DNA of 64,000 bases from Candidatus Eiseniibacteriota bacterium (GCA_963823555.1 CAWGMA010000001.1:544001-608000); one strand, 5' to 3'; positions 1 to 16,460 are shown, counted from the first letter of the stretch. Notes: a model not told the origin generated them from the sequence alone. Numbers and translations are program-made.

Positions 1-4063
<4,063 letters not shown>

Positions 4064-4067
<4 letters not shown>

Positions 4068-4609
4068 AGCAGCACACCGCAACCCCGATCTTCGGCCTGA
4101 TGGCCGAGTTCGCCTCAGCACAGGCGTTGCTCGACGCCGCTCACGCCGCCCACCACGCAGGCTACAAGAAGGTCGAGGCCTATAGCCCGTTCCCCGTGGA
4201 GGGGATGGGGGAGGCGCTGGGGCACGCCCCGTCGCCGCTGCCCTGGATCGTGCTCATCGGCGGGGCCATCGGCGGGATCGGTGGCTTCATGTTCCAGTGG
4301 GTATCGTTCGCTCGCTTCTACCAGCTCAACATCGGCGGCCGGCCGTTCTTCAGCTGGCCGAGCTTCGTGCCCGTGACCTTCGAGCTCACTGTGCTCCTGG
4401 CGGCGCTCTCCTGTGTCGTCGGCCTGATTGTCCTGTGCGGGCTACCGATGCCCTACCATCCCGTCTTCAACGCTGCGCGCTTCGCCGGCGCGTCCCGCGA
4501 CCGGTTTTTCCTCTGCATCGAGAGTGCGGATCCCCGGTACGACCGCGCGGAAACCGAGCGTTTCCTCAAGGGTATGAACCCCAGCGAGGTGATCGAGGTT
4601 GAGCCCTAA
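4064..4609 (+). CDS. actD: Alternative complex III subunit D (DUF3341)
   Basis: AYSPFPV, NIGGRP, PVTFELTVL motifs; position after actC. Confidence 0.93.
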
Positions 4610-5237
4610 GCTTCGGCGCGGGCCGATCCCGCGCGCCCTGTTCATCTTGGCGGGCCTGTTCCTGCTCGCTACCAGCACCGGCTGCCATCGGGACTTGCGC
4701 GACCAGCCGCGCATCGATCCGCTCGAGAAGTCCCGCTTCTTCGCCGACGGTGTTGGAGCCCGGCCGATTCCGGCGGGAACGGTCGCGCGCGGGCAGCTCC
4801 GGGAAGACCGCACGTTCTACACCGGCCAGGATGGGGAAGCGTTCGCCGCCTCGATCCCGCTCCCGGTCGATCGGGTTCTCCTCGAGCGCGGCCGGGAGCG
4901 CTTCAACATCTACTGCGCGCCTTGTCACGGCCAGACCGGAGACGGCCTCGGGATGGTGGTGCGACGGGGTTACATGCAACCGCCCTCCTTCCACATCGAT
5001 CGCCTACGCCGCGCCCAGCCCGGCTACTACTTCGACGTGATCACGAACGGATTCGCCAAGATGCCGAGCTACGCGAGCCAGGTGCAGCCTGCCGACCGCT
5101 GGGCGATCGTGGCGTACATCCGCGCGCTGCAGCTGAGCCAGAACGCCACCCTCGAAGATGTGCCTGCCGAGGTAAGGCGAGATCTCGAGGCGGCCCCGCC
5201 GGCGCCCGAATCCCATGAGGATGCCCAGAGCCCATGA
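4599..5237 (+). CDS. actE: Alternative complex III subunit E (monohaem cytochrome c lipoprotein)
   Basis: Lipobox-like TSTGC, GTVARG, haem motif CAPCH, MPSY, DRWAIVAYIRALQ. Confidence 0.92.
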   Translation: MSPKLRRGPIPRALFILAGLFLLATSTGCHRDLRDQPRIDPLEKSRFFADGVGARPIPAGTVARGQLREDRTFYTGQDGEAFAASIPLPVDRVLLERGRERFNIYCAPCHGQTGDGLGMVVRRGYMQPPSFHIDRLRRAQPGYYFDVITNGFAKMPSYASQVQPADRWAIVAYIRALQLSQNATLEDVPAEVRRDLEAAPPAPESHEDAQSP

Positions 5238-6415
5238 GCGCGACCTCCAATTCCCATCTTCCTCCGGCCGACCTCGACAAGATCCGCCGGAACGCGCTCG
5301 TGATCGGCGTTCTCGGGATCATCCTCACGGTGGTCGGGGGCATGGCGAACATGCCGCAGTTCTATCGCTCATATCTCCTGGGCTATCTCTTCTGGCTCGC
5401 CATCCCGCTCGGGTGCCTTGCCATCATGATGCTGCACCACCTGACCGGAGGGGGCTGGGGGATGTTGATCCGCCGCGTCCTGGAGGCGGCCTCGCGCACG
5501 CTCCCGCTCATGCTCGTGCTCGGCCTGCCGGTCCTCTATGGGCTCGGTCAGCTGTACGAGTGGGCTCTCCCCGAGCATGTCGCGGGAGATGAGCTCCTCG
5601 AGCACAAGGCGCCCTATCTCAATCCCGGCGCCTTCACCGGGCGCTACATCGGCTACTTCGCCATCTTCCTGTCCCTGACCTTCCTTCTCGATCGCTGGTC
5701 TGCGGCCCAGGACCGCGACGGGGACCGGGGCCACGCGCAACGGATGCGTTCGCTCTCGGCTCCCGGTCTCATCCTCTTCGGCGCCGCTGCGACCTTCTTC
5801 GCTTTCGACTGGATGATGTCGCTCGAGCCGCACTGGTTCTCGAGTATCTACGGCATCTACTTCATCGGCGCCGCCGGGCTCGCGGGGATGGCTTTCACGA
5901 TCGTCGTGGCGGCGTTCCTCGCCGCCCGTGAGCCGATGGCCGGTATCTTCCAGCGCAAGCACTTCTTCGATTACGGCAACCTGCTGTTCGCCTTCATCAT
6001 GTTGTGGGCTTACTTCTCGGTGTCGCAACTCATCATCATCTGGTCGGGGAACCTGCCGGAGGAGATCACCTGGTACATGCACCGGTTGCGCGGCAGCTGG
6101 CAGAAGCTGGCGCTCGCCCTAGCCATTCTCCACTTCGCGCTGCCGTTCGTTCTCTTGATCACGCGCACCGCCAAGGGGTCGATACGGATCCTGAGCTGGA
6201 TCGCGCTCCTGGTGCTCGCCATGCGCTGGGTGGATTTTCTGTGGCAGACTCGACCGCCCTTCCACGAGGTGGGGCCGCCCTTCCATTGGCTCGACCTGGC
6301 CGTGGTGGCCGCGATCGGCGGGGTCTGGGTCGCCCTCTTCGTGACGCTCCTCAAGCGGCGCCCACTGCTTCCGGCCAACGATCCCCGTCTCGCGGAGGTG
6401 CTCCATCATGCGTGA
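5234..6415 (+). CDS. actF: Alternative complex III subunit F (membrane subunit)
   Basis: Multi-TM protein with DWMMSLEPHWFS and WSGNLPEE; operon position. Confidence 0.92.
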   Translation: MSATSNSHLPPADLDKIRRNALVIGVLGIILTVVGGMANMPQFYRSYLLGYLFWLAIPLGCLAIMMLHHLTGGGWGMLIRRVLEAASRTLPLMLVLGLPVLYGLGQLYEWALPEHVAGDELLEHKAPYLNPGAFTGRYIGYFAIFLSLTFLLDRWSAAQDRDGDRGHAQRMRSLSAPGLILFGAAATFFAFDWMMSLEPHWFSSIYGIYFIGAAGLAGMAFTIVVAAFLAAREPMAGIFQRKHFFDYGNLLFAFIMLWAYFSVSQLIIIWSGNLPEEITWYMHRLRGSWQKLALALAILHFALPFVLLITRTAKGSIRILSWIALLVLAMRWVDFLWQTRPPFHEVGPPFHWLDLAVVAAIGGVWVALFVTLLKRRPLLPANDPRLAEVLHHA

Positions 6416-6842
6416 CAAGCATGGGCACAAGCCACCGGCGGCCGAGGATTCGCATGCCCCAGGCCAGATCGATCGCGAGATCAATGTCCGGAGCATCGTC
6501 GCCTTCCTGGTCATCGTGATGGTGGCGACGGCCGTTTCGGCCGGTCTCATGTGGTTCCTGTTCAAGGGTCTCCTCGCCACGGAGGTGGCACGTGATCCAC
6601 AGCCGCTTGCCATCGTCGAGCGCACGGCGCCGCCGCCCCCACCCGCGCCGCGCCTGCAGGTGGACGGGGCGACGGATCTGAAGACGATGCGGGCCGAGGA
6701 AAGCGCGGTGCTGGAGGGATACGGCTGGACCGACCGGGCCGCAGGCCGGGTCCGCATTCCGGTTGCGCGCGCCCTGGATCTGGTCGCCGAGCGCGGCCTG
6801 CCCCCGGTTCCCCCACCCCCGCCTGCGGAGGCACGACCATGA
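6408..6842 (+). CDS. actG: Alternative complex III subunit G-like single-TM protein
   Basis: One TM helix, PPPAPRLQ, YGW.D....VRIPV..A; lies between actF and SCO. Confidence 0.75.
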   Translation: MRDKHGHKPPAAEDSHAPGQIDREINVRSIVAFLVIVMVATAVSAGLMWFLFKGLLATEVARDPQPLAIVERTAPPPPPAPRLQVDGATDLKTMRAEESAVLEGYGWTDRAAGRVRIPVARALDLVAERGLPPVPPPPPAEARP

Positions 6843-7747
6843 GACGGATCGGGGTCATCGGTGCGTTCATGCTTGCGATCTGGCTCGGCAACCTGGCCGG
6901 AATGACCCTCGCGCTGCCCGGTTCTCCGGCGCCAGGCCCGGGCGAAGTGCGTGAGGAGAAGGGGCTGCCGGCCGATCTCGAGGGCGTCGGCTTCGATCAG
7001 AACCTGGGGGCGCAAGTCCCGCTCGCTCTCGTCTTCCGCGACGAGAGCGGGGCCGAGGTTCAACTGGGCCAGTACTTCGGGGAGCGTCCGGTTCTCCTCG
7101 TGCTCTCGTACTACGAGTGTCCGATGCTGTGCACCCTTGTCTTGAACGGTGTCGCGTCGGCGCTGAAGGCGGTTCCTTTCGATCCCGGTCAGGATTTCGA
7201 GATCGTGACCGTGAGCTTCGATCCCGGAGAGAAGCCGCCGCTCGCTGCCAAGAAGAAGGCGAACTATGTCGCCGAGTACGGGCGTGCCGGAGCCGGGACG
7301 GCATGGCACTTCCTCACCGGCGACGAACCGTCGATTCAAGCACTCACCGCCGCCGTCGGGTTCCGTTATCGATACGACCCGGAGAGTGACCAGTACGCGC
7401 ATGCCACCGGGATCATGGCGCTGACGCCGGGGGGCCAGATCTCGCGCTACCTGTTCGGCATCGAGTACGCCCCCAAGGACATCCGCCTGGCCTTGGTCGA
7501 GGCCTCGGCGGGGAAGATCGGGAGCTTCGTCGATCAGTTGCTCCTCTTCTGCTATCACTACGATCCCGAGACCGGCACCTACGGGGCGGCGGCGATCAAT
7601 GGCATCCGCGCCGGCGGCGTCCTGACGCTGGCTGGAATCGGACTCTTCATGTTCCTTTCGTGGCGCCGCGACCAGCGCGCGCGGCGGGGGGACGGCGGTA
7701 CGGATGGCCCCGCTACCGGCGGCCCCGCGGCACCGAGGATCGTCTAG
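6839..7747 (+). CDS. SCO1/SenC family copper chaperone
   Basis: YYECPMLC (CxxxC), conserved His in QYAH, LLFCYHYDP and a C-terminal TM. Confidence 0.92.
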   Translation: MRRIGVIGAFMLAIWLGNLAGMTLALPGSPAPGPGEVREEKGLPADLEGVGFDQNLGAQVPLALVFRDESGAEVQLGQYFGERPVLLVLSYYECPMLCTLVLNGVASALKAVPFDPGQDFEIVTVSFDPGEKPPLAAKKKANYVAEYGRAGAGTAWHFLTGDEPSIQALTAAVGFRYRYDPESDQYAHATGIMALTPGGQISRYLFGIEYAPKDIRLALVEASAGKIGSFVDQLLLFCYHYDPETGTYGAAAINGIRAGGVLTLAGIGLFMFLSWRRDQRARRGDGGTDGPATGGPAAPRIV

Positions 7748-7749
7748 CG

Positions 7750-8761
7750 ATGTGGGAATACTTTCGCTTCCTTCCTGAGCGCGCCTCGACCCTCGCCGGC
7801 GAGGTGGATGCGATCTTCCTCTTCCGTCGCGGTCACCATCTTCTTCTCGATCCTCATCGCCGGCCTCATCATCCTGTTCATGGTCCGCTACAAGCGGCGG
7901 GCGGCCGGCGAGTTCGGGAAGCCCGTGCACGGCTCGACCAAGCTCGAGATCGCCTGGACGGTGATTCCGCTCGCCATCGTGCTCTTCCTGTTCGGCTGGG
8001 GGGCGAAGGTCTTCTTCTCCCTCTCGCGGCCGCCGGCCGACGCCGTCGAGTACTTCGTCGTCGGCAAGCAGTGGATGTGGAAGATCCAGCATCCCGACGG
8101 CAAGCGCGAGATCAACGAGCTGCACGTGCCGGTCGGACCGCCGATCAAGCTGACGATGACCTCCGAGGACGTGATCCACAGCTTCTTCGTCCCCGCCTTC
8201 CGCGTCAAGGCCGACGTCCTGCCCGGGCGCTACACGACGATCTGGTTCGAGGCGACCAAGCCGGGCCGATACCACCTCTTCTGCGCCGAGTACTGCGGCG
8301 CCGAGCACTCGCTCATGGGCGGCTGGATCTATGTCATGGAGCGCGCCGACTACGAGAACTGGCTCGCCGGAGTGACGACCGGCCAGACGGTCGTGGCGAG
8401 CGGCGAGGAGCTCTTCACGCAGCGGGCCTGCAACACCTGCCACCGGCCCGACACCAAGGCGCGGGCGCCGATCCTCCACGGTCTCTTCGGTGCCAAGGTG
8501 CTGTTGCGCGACGGATCGCAGGTGGTGGCGGATGAGAACTACCTGCGCGAGTCGATCTTGAACCCGGCGGCGAAGGTCGTGGCCGGCTACGAGCCGGTGA
8601 TGCCCACCTTCCAGGGGCAGATCACCGAGGAGGAGCTGATCCAGCTCATGAGCTACTTGAAGACGCTGAAGCCCGCGGGCGCGGACTCGACGGCGGCCGC
8701 CGGTACCGCGGCCGCCCCGGGCACCGCGGCTCTCGGGCGCTCCCTCCCGGACGGCGCGTAG
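7750..8761 (+). CDS. coxB: Cytochrome c oxidase subunit II with fused cytochrome c (caa3 type); one frameshift near 7825 as assembled
   Basis: The N-terminus MWEYFRFLPERASTLAGEVD is in one frame, and LEIAWT, DVIHSF, the CuA motif CAEYCGAEHSLM and haem CNTCH are in the next. Confidence 0.92.
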
Positions 8762-8783
8762 GAAACGGCGGAACCAAGGCCAG

Positions 8784-10421
<1,638 letters not shown>

Positions 10422-10429
<8 letters not shown>

Positions 10430-11181
10430 CGCTCATGGGCCCGCAGGCGAAGGCAGCGCGGCCCCGCCGCTCGCCCATCACTTCGAGACCCTCGAGCAGC
10501 AGCGACGAGTCGACCTCGCTCGGGATGTGGATCTTCCTGGTCACCGAGATCATGTTCTTCGGCGGGCTGTTCACCGCCTACGTGGTCTACCGGAACGCCT
10601 TCCATGAGGCTTTCAACGCGGCGAGCCATCACCTCGACGTGCGCCTGGGCGGGATCAACACCGCGGTCCTGATCGCTTCGAGCTTCACCATGGCGATGGC
10701 GGTGCGCGGCGCCCAGCTCGGGAAGCGCACGGCAACCGCCGGATTCCTCGTCCTGACCCTGATCCTCGGGTTCACCTTCCTCGGCATCAAGGCCTACGAG
10801 TATCACCACAAGTTCGAGGAGCACCTGTTCCCTGGGCCGAGCTTCCAGTTCCAGACGCATGCCACGGCAGATCTGGCAGCCGCCGCAGCGCGGGGAGACG
10901 TGTCCCACCACGCAGCGAGTGGAGTGTCGCCGCACTCCCAAGTGGTGGATCCACGGCATGCCCGCATCTTCTTCTCGCTCTACTTCGCCATGACCGGCCT
11001 CCATGCCCTGCACATGGTGGTGGGGGCGGGGCTTCTGATCTGGCTCTTGAAACCCACCCTGGCCGGGCGCTGGAGCGCCGCCTATTACGATCCGGTCGAG
11101 TGCGTGGGTCTCTACTGGCACTTCGTCGATATTGTCTGGATCTTCCTCTTCCCGCTGCTCTACTTGATCGGGCGGCACTAA
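10422..11181 (+). CDS. coxC: Cytochrome c oxidase subunit III; one frameshift near 10503 as assembled
   Basis: [53 protein letters not shown]. The N-terminus [16 protein letters not shown] is in the adjacent frame. Confidence 0.92.
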
Positions 11182-11196
11182 GGAGCGTTTCGAGGC

Positions 11197-11505
11197 ATGT
11201 CCGAATCTGCAGCGCACGTCGTTCCGGCTCGCACCTATGTGCTGATCTTCGCCGCCCTCATGGCCCTCACGGCGACGACGATCTACGTTGCCTTTCAGGA
11301 CCTCGGTCCGCTCAACAACATCGTGGCGCTCTCGATCGCGGTGGTGAAGATGACCCTCGTCGTCCTCTACTTCATGCACGTGCGCTATGCGACCCGTCTC
11401 ACGTGGCTCGTGGTGGCCTCGGGATTCGTCTGGCTCGTTTTCCTGATCCTGATCACGATGAGCGACTACTGGTCGCGTGGCTGGCTCGGCGTCCCCGGCA
11501 AGTAG
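11197..11505 (+). CDS. coxD: Cytochrome c oxidase subunit IV
   Basis: Three TM helices, K..LV.LYFMH motif; last gene of the operon. Confidence 0.9.
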   Translation: MSESAAHVVPARTYVLIFAALMALTATTIYVAFQDLGPLNNIVALSIAVVKMTLVVLYFMHVRYATRLTWLVVASGFVWLVFLILITMSDYWSRGWLGVPGK

Positions 11506-11737
11506 CAAGCGATAAGTGATGTCATATCTTTGGTTTGGGTGCGCCCGGCGGGGCCTGCCCGACGTGTTCGGACCTCCCTCTCAGCCCACCCGTCAAGGCC
11601 CCGATCCCGGGCGTCGATAACTCCTCAGGTGCTTGACCCGGCCTGCGCCGCGGCGCGGGCGCGGGCCCACCCGCGTCTGCCGCGCTCCCGCGGCGTCGTG
11701 GGCGCGCCGCCGCGCATCCCGCAACGAGGGGGGAATC

Positions 11738-13027
11738 ATGTCTGGCCGAAGGTCATCCAGCATTATCGAATGGGCGGAATGGGTCCCGGGGTCGCGCCGC
11801 TCGCCGACGCGATGCTGCGTCCTCTGGACCCTCCTGGTCGCTGCTGTGACGCTTCTCGCGAGCGGCTGCGGCGACGAGGGGGACGATGGCCAGACCAACG
11901 CCGAGACCATGAACGCGGCGCTCGCCGATCTCGGGGACTTCGCCACCGATCTCACCGCCAATCCGGCCTTTCAGATGACGGGGAACGCCGCCGTCGAGGA
12001 TCTCTTTGGCCGCATCGGTTTCAGGCTCGATGCCGTTTGGGGCGCCGGCGTGATGCCTCTCGACTTCACGGCGGCCGGGATCACTCGACCGTCACTGACT
12101 GCTTCCCGAAGCCGGGTCGCGGGTGGTGCGAGCGTTCCTTTCGGGACCTACGAGCGCGACGTGACGAGCGCGGCCGAGCCCTTCCCGGGCTGGGTGTTCG
12201 TCTCGGAGTCGCCGGCAGACGGGCTCATCTTCCATTTCAGCGAGGACGACGACTTCGTGATCCGGGGGGGGACCGGCGAGCGCCATGTCTCCGGCGAGAT
12301 CCGTTTTCTCCAGATCGTGCTGGAGACGGTCGGTGTCGAGTCCTTCCTGACCCACGTCGTATGGGAGATCCAGGTCGATCCGATCGCGCTTCCGCTCATC
12401 CATGTCCCGTTTGCCGCCACCTTGGATGAGACAGCGGGCGGCTACAGCCGCGTGGCCTTCGGAGACGTCGACGCCCCGAACAGCCTCAGCAACTGCTACA
12501 TCGGGAACCTGGCCTTTGACTTCCTTCTCGATGCCACGACCGAGGATGTGCGCACGGCCCTTCTCGCCGTCGACACCGCCCCCGATCCCAACTACGTGCT
12601 CGCCCTCGACCTCCACCAGTGGAACGTGGTCGACGACATGCCGGAGGAGATCACGATCGTCTTTGGTTTCGGCCGCTCGGACGACGCCGAGAATCCAGGG
12701 ATGGTGATTGCCGCCAGCTTCGCCGACTTCCGCCTCGATCCAGGAACGCAGGAGATCCTGGCTGACGTGAGTGGCTCGGCCACTCACCGCGGGCGGCTAC
12801 TCGCCACCTTCGCCGGGTCCACGGCCGAGATCCCGGTCGCGGTCGACACCGATGGTGATGGGGACGTGGATGGTGACGACACCTGTGTCGACATCGACAT
12901 CACCTTCACCGACGATGGCCAGACCATGAACCTGTGCGAAGCGTTCAGCAACACCGTCCGCATCGTCGGCGTGCCCCTGCCGCGCGCGGTCGCGGGCGGA
13001 CTCTCCTGCGGACCAGTCTGCTTCTAG
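11738..13027 (+). CDS. Hypothetical acidic lipoprotein
   Basis: G-rich RBS before ATG 11738; hydrophobic stretch ending LASGC; C-terminal DTDGDGDVDGDD Ca-binding-like loop. Confidence 0.75.
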   Translation: MSGRRSSSIIEWAEWVPGSRRSPTRCCVLWTLLVAAVTLLASGCGDEGDDGQTNAETMNAALADLGDFATDLTANPAFQMTGNAAVEDLFGRIGFRLDAVWGAGVMPLDFTAAGITRPSLTASRSRVAGGASVPFGTYERDVTSAAEPFPGWVFVSESPADGLIFHFSEDDDFVIRGGTGERHVSGEIRFLQIVLETVGVESFLTHVVWEIQVDPIALPLIHVPFAATLDETAGGYSRVAFGDVDAPNSLSNCYIGNLAFDFLLDATTEDVRTALLAVDTAPDPNYVLALDLHQWNVVDDMPEEITIVFGFGRSDDAENPGMVIAASFADFRLDPGTQEILADVSGSATHRGRLLATFAGSTAEIPVAVDTDGDGDVDGDDTCVDIDITFTDDGQTMNLCEAFSNTVRIVGVPLPRAVAGGLSCGPVCF

Positions 13028-13199
13028 CGCAGCGCGGGCGGGGATGAACGGAGGCTGGGTCGCCAAGGGTCCGGCCTCCGCCACATTGGGGGATGTTCCT
13101 GCCGCTGGCCCTTTGACGCCCCGCCCGATCGGCGCTACGATCATGGGTGCGCCATCCCGGACGCTTCAGTCGCACGCTCGCGACGGAAAGGGGGGGGCG

Positions 13200-13679
13200 A
13201 TGCCATCGGCACGACTCAAGAAGTTCCTCGACGAGCAGAACGTCAAGTACTTGAGCATCCAACACTCCCGAGCCTTCACCGCCCAGGAAGTGGCCGCCAA
13301 GATGCACATCCACGGGTGGGAGTTGGCAAAGACCACCGTCCTCAAGGTGGACGGCAAGTTCGTGATGGCGGTCATGCCCGCCCCGGTTCATGTCGACATG
13401 AGCGCCTTCCGCGAGATCGTGGGCGCCAAGTCGGTGGCGCTCGCCGCCGAGGAGGAGTTCAAGCAGCTCTTCCCGGAGTGCGAGCTGGGGGCGATGCCGC
13501 CGTTCGGAAACCTGTACGGGTTGCCGGTCTATGTCGATGAGAGGCTGGCGGAAGACCCGTCGATCGTGTTCAATGCGGGAACGCACACCGAGGCGGTCCG
13601 CATGGATTTCGGCGATTTCCGGCGGCTCGTGCAGCCGAAGATCGCGCACTTCGGTGTACCGGCCGCGGCCCATGCCTGA
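13200..13679 (+). CDS. YbaK/EbsC family aminoacyl-tRNA deacylase
   Basis: AKT.VLK, FPECELGAMPPFG, FNAGTH motifs. Confidence 0.92.
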   Translation: MPSARLKKFLDEQNVKYLSIQHSRAFTAQEVAAKMHIHGWELAKTTVLKVDGKFVMAVMPAPVHVDMSAFREIVGAKSVALAAEEEFKQLFPECELGAMPPFGNLYGLPVYVDERLAEDPSIVFNAGTHTEAVRMDFGDFRRLVQPKIAHFGVPAAAHA

Positions 13680-13714
13680 GAGGCGCAACGCCTGAGCGGT
13701 GGCCGAGAACAGTG

Positions 13715-13756
13715 AGAAGGGCCGGATCCCTTCCCGGGATCCGGCCCCTTCTTCTT
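13715..13756. terminator. Bidirectional intrinsic terminator between convergent ybaK-like and RRM genes
   Basis: 12-bp stem GGGCCGGATCCC / GGGATCCGGCCC with AG-rich and TC-rich flanks. Confidence 0.75.
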
Positions 13757-13796
13757 GGCTCCGTGAAGAGCGGCGCGAAGACGGAACTAGTCGGGA

Positions 13797-14135
13797 TTAG
13801 TAACCGCCGCGCCCGCCGCCGCCATAGCCACCGCGCCCGCCGCCGCCATAGCCGCCACGGCTGCCGCCACGGCCGCCGCCGCCCGACTCCTTGGGACGAG
13901 CCTCGTTCACGGTCAGAGTGCGCGAGCTCACCTCGGTGCCGTTCAGCTCGGCGATCGCCGTCTGCGCTTCTTGATCGCTCGACATCTCGACGAAGCCGAA
14001 ACCCTTGGAACGGCCGGTGTCACGGTCGACGATAACCTGCGCCGACTCCACCGAACCGTACTGCGAGAACAACTGCTCGAGATCGCTGTCATTGATGTCG
14101 TAGGACAGATTTCCCACGTACAACTTCTTGCCCAT
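13797..14135 (-). CDS. RRM (RNP-1) RNA-binding protein with Gly-rich tail
   Basis: RNP2 LYVGNL, RNP1 KGFGFVEM, VNEARP, RGG repeats. Confidence 0.95.
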   Translation of the reverse strand: MGKKLYVGNLSYDINDSDLEQLFSQYGSVESAQVIVDRDTGRSKGFGFVEMSSDQEAQTAIAELNGTEVSSRTLTVNEARPKESGGGGRGGSRGGYGGGGRGGYGGGGRGGY

Positions 14136-14360
14136 CTTGGGACTCCTCTTTCTCTATCTGCTTTCTTACGGCGACCCCACCAGAACGGTGGCGTAACCGG
14201 AAGGGCATGTTTCGAACAACTCGTTCGTGCCCGTCCTCGAGCCAGGTCCCTTGCGACAAGGCAAGAAGATGCTGAGGATCGATCGAACTTCCCCCCGCCC
14301 AGGGTGGCTAGACCCCGCTCCCTGGACAGGAGTCACGCGGATGATAGCACGTCCAGGCCT

Positions 14361-14545
14361 GGGGGGGGGGAAGGGCCGGGGCGGCCGGGGGAGGGCCGGG
14401 GCGGCCGGGGGAGGGCCGGGGCGGCCGGGGGGAAGGGCCGGGCGGCCGGGGGAGGGCCGGGCGGCCGGGGGGAGGGCCGGGGCGGCCGGAGGGGAGGGCC
14501 GGGCGGCCGGGGGGAGGGCCGGGGGCGGCGGCGGGGCGGCCGGGG
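14361..14545. repeat. G-rich tandem repeat, about 8 copies of a ~20-bp unit GAGGGCCGGGGCGGCCGGGG
   Basis: Directly visible; there is no T on the + strand over about 185 bp, and it starts with a G10 run. Confidence 0.9.
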
Positions 14546-14782
14546 CTCATTCGGATGGACCCACGCAAGCCCCCCGGGGGTCTGTGGCGATCCTCACTAC
14601 CGGCACCTGGATCCAGACGCTCCGGATCCTCGACGCCAAGCTCGAAAGGAGCGACACTCCGGGCCTGTGATGACTTCCTCGAGACGCCCGATCGCCTTGC
14701 TTCCGCTGGTGATGTGGGTGTCGCCCTGGCGATGGCGCAGGTAGCGATCGGGCGTTCTTCGCGGTCAAGTGGCAGGAGTCCA

Positions 14783-15679
14783 ATGAAGAAGCGCGTTTCT
14801 CCGCTGTGGCCGACCGTTCTGTTGACCGCCAGCTGCATGGTGACGACCATGCCCTCACTGGCGGATGAGGCGACCGAGCCTCTCGCCGTTGAGGAAGGCT
14901 ACGTCGAGGTCGATGGCGGCAGGATCTTCTACGAGGTGGCAGGCCACGGTCCGCCGGTCGTCATGATCCACGATGGCTTGTTGCACCACGAGACATGGGA
15001 TCCTCAGGTCGACGCCTTCGCCAAGAGCTACAGGGTGATCCGCTGGGACCGCCGCGGCTACGGACGGTCCGACAAACCACAAGCTCCGTTCTCCCCCCGT
15101 GATGATCTGCTTGCGGTCATGAATGCTCTCGGGGTCGAGCGCGCAACACTGATGGGGTGTTCATCGGGCGGACTCCTGGCCATCGAGTTTGCGCTCGATC
15201 ATCCGGAGATGGTCTCATCGCTGGTCCTCGTCGGTCCCATCGTCAGCGGGTTCGGATTCTCCCAGCACTTCAGGACACGTGGCCAGCGGGGCGAACCAGG
15301 CCGTGATGCGCCTGTGGAGGAGAGGATCGAGTATTGGAGCCGGAAGGATCCCTGGATCATGGCTCCTGAGAGCGCAGCCGCCAGAGAGCGCATGCGCGAG
15401 TTACTGATCGCGAATCCCCAGAACATGGAAGGATCGGGGCGATATGCCCGCCGCCCGGACCAGCCGGCACTGGGTCGACTGGCCGAGATCCATGCGCCGA
15501 CGTTGATCGTGGCCGGGGAATCCGACATCCCCGACGTTCACGTGCATATCGGGGCGATTCAAGCCGGGATCGGTGGATCCGAGCGCGTGGTGCTGGCTCG
15601 CAGTGGACACCTGTGTCACCTGGAAGTGCCGGATGCATTCAACAAGGCAGTGCTCGACTTCCTGGGCAAGGTCAAGTGA
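14783..15679 (+). CDS. Secreted alpha/beta hydrolase
   Basis: RBS AGGAG, signal peptide, WDRRGYGRS, nucleophile GCSSGG, GESD, SGH. Confidence 0.88.
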   Translation: MKKRVSPLWPTVLLTASCMVTTMPSLADEATEPLAVEEGYVEVDGGRIFYEVAGHGPPVVMIHDGLLHHETWDPQVDAFAKSYRVIRWDRRGYGRSDKPQAPFSPRDDLLAVMNALGVERATLMGCSSGGLLAIEFALDHPEMVSSLVLVGPIVSGFGFSQHFRTRGQRGEPGRDAPVEERIEYWSRKDPWIMAPESAAARERMRELLIANPQNMEGSGRYARRPDQPALGRLAEIHAPTLIVAGESDIPDVHVHIGAIQAGIGGSERVVLARSGHLCHLEVPDAFNKAVLDFLGKVK

Positions 15680-16016
15680 ACCCAGCCCATGGCCGCTTGT
15701 AGCGCCGATGGCGAGCTGGCAACGGATGGCCTAGAATCAGGTCATGAAATCCAATCCGCCGCTGCCTGTGTCGATCGAGAGCACCGTCTCGCCACCGGGC
15801 TCCCTTGGGAGAAACCACGCCGCCGGATGGAGAAGGTCGTTGTCAAGGCGATTCAGGAACATCGGTCTGCCGCCGCTTGCGGCATCCGGGCTCCCCATCA
15901 CGCCGTTGTTTCGCGGTCACACAAGGGCGGTAGAGTCCTTGAAGGAGTGCAGGAGCGATGCTCCAGCCAGGATGCCCTGATCTCGGCATGCTGGCCCATC
16001 TATCCGGGAGATCTTG

Positions 16017-16460
16017 ATGTCGCTGACCGAACTCGACCACTACTTCATCAGAACCAAGGATCTCGAGCGTTCCCGGGCCTTCTATTGCGACGTGCTCGGG
16101 TTCGACGTCATGCCACGGCCAGACCTGCCCTTTCCTGGCTACTGGCTCGGCGTGAGCGGCAAGATCCAGGTCCACATGGGCCCGGACGGGATTCCAGGCG
16201 AGGCCAGTCTCTACTTCGGCACATCAGCACGATCGGCACGAGACAACGCCGGCGTTGTGGACCACATTGCATTTCAAGGCACGGATCCGGGGGAGCTCGC
16301 CCGGCGTCTGAGTGAGCACGGACTGCCCTCACGGACCCGGTACATTGCCGAAATCCAGCTCTTCCAGATCTTCGTCGCCGACCCCGACGGGCTCATGATC
16401 GAACTCAACTACCCCGGCGTCGCGACGGAGCCATCCTGGGCGGACGGCCACGCTATCTGA
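16017..16460 (+). CDS. VOC/glyoxalase family protein
   Basis: LDH...TKDLERSRAFY..VLG, DHIAF, DPDG..IEL. Confidence 0.9.
   Translation: MSLTELDHYFIRTKDLERSRAFYCDVLGFDVMPRPDLPFPGYWLGVSGKIQVHMGPDGIPGEASLYFGTSARSARDNAGVVDHIAFQGTDPGELARRLSEHGLPSRTRYIAEIQLFQIFVADPDGLMIELNYPGVATEPSWADGHAI

Noticed and set aside
14361..14545. Possible CRISPR array
   Set aside because: The units are contiguous with no unique spacers, and no cas genes are present.
14227..14850. Gly/Arg-rich and Pro-rich ORFs across the G-rich repeat
   Set aside because: Simple translations of the low-complexity repeat, with no RBS or domain support.
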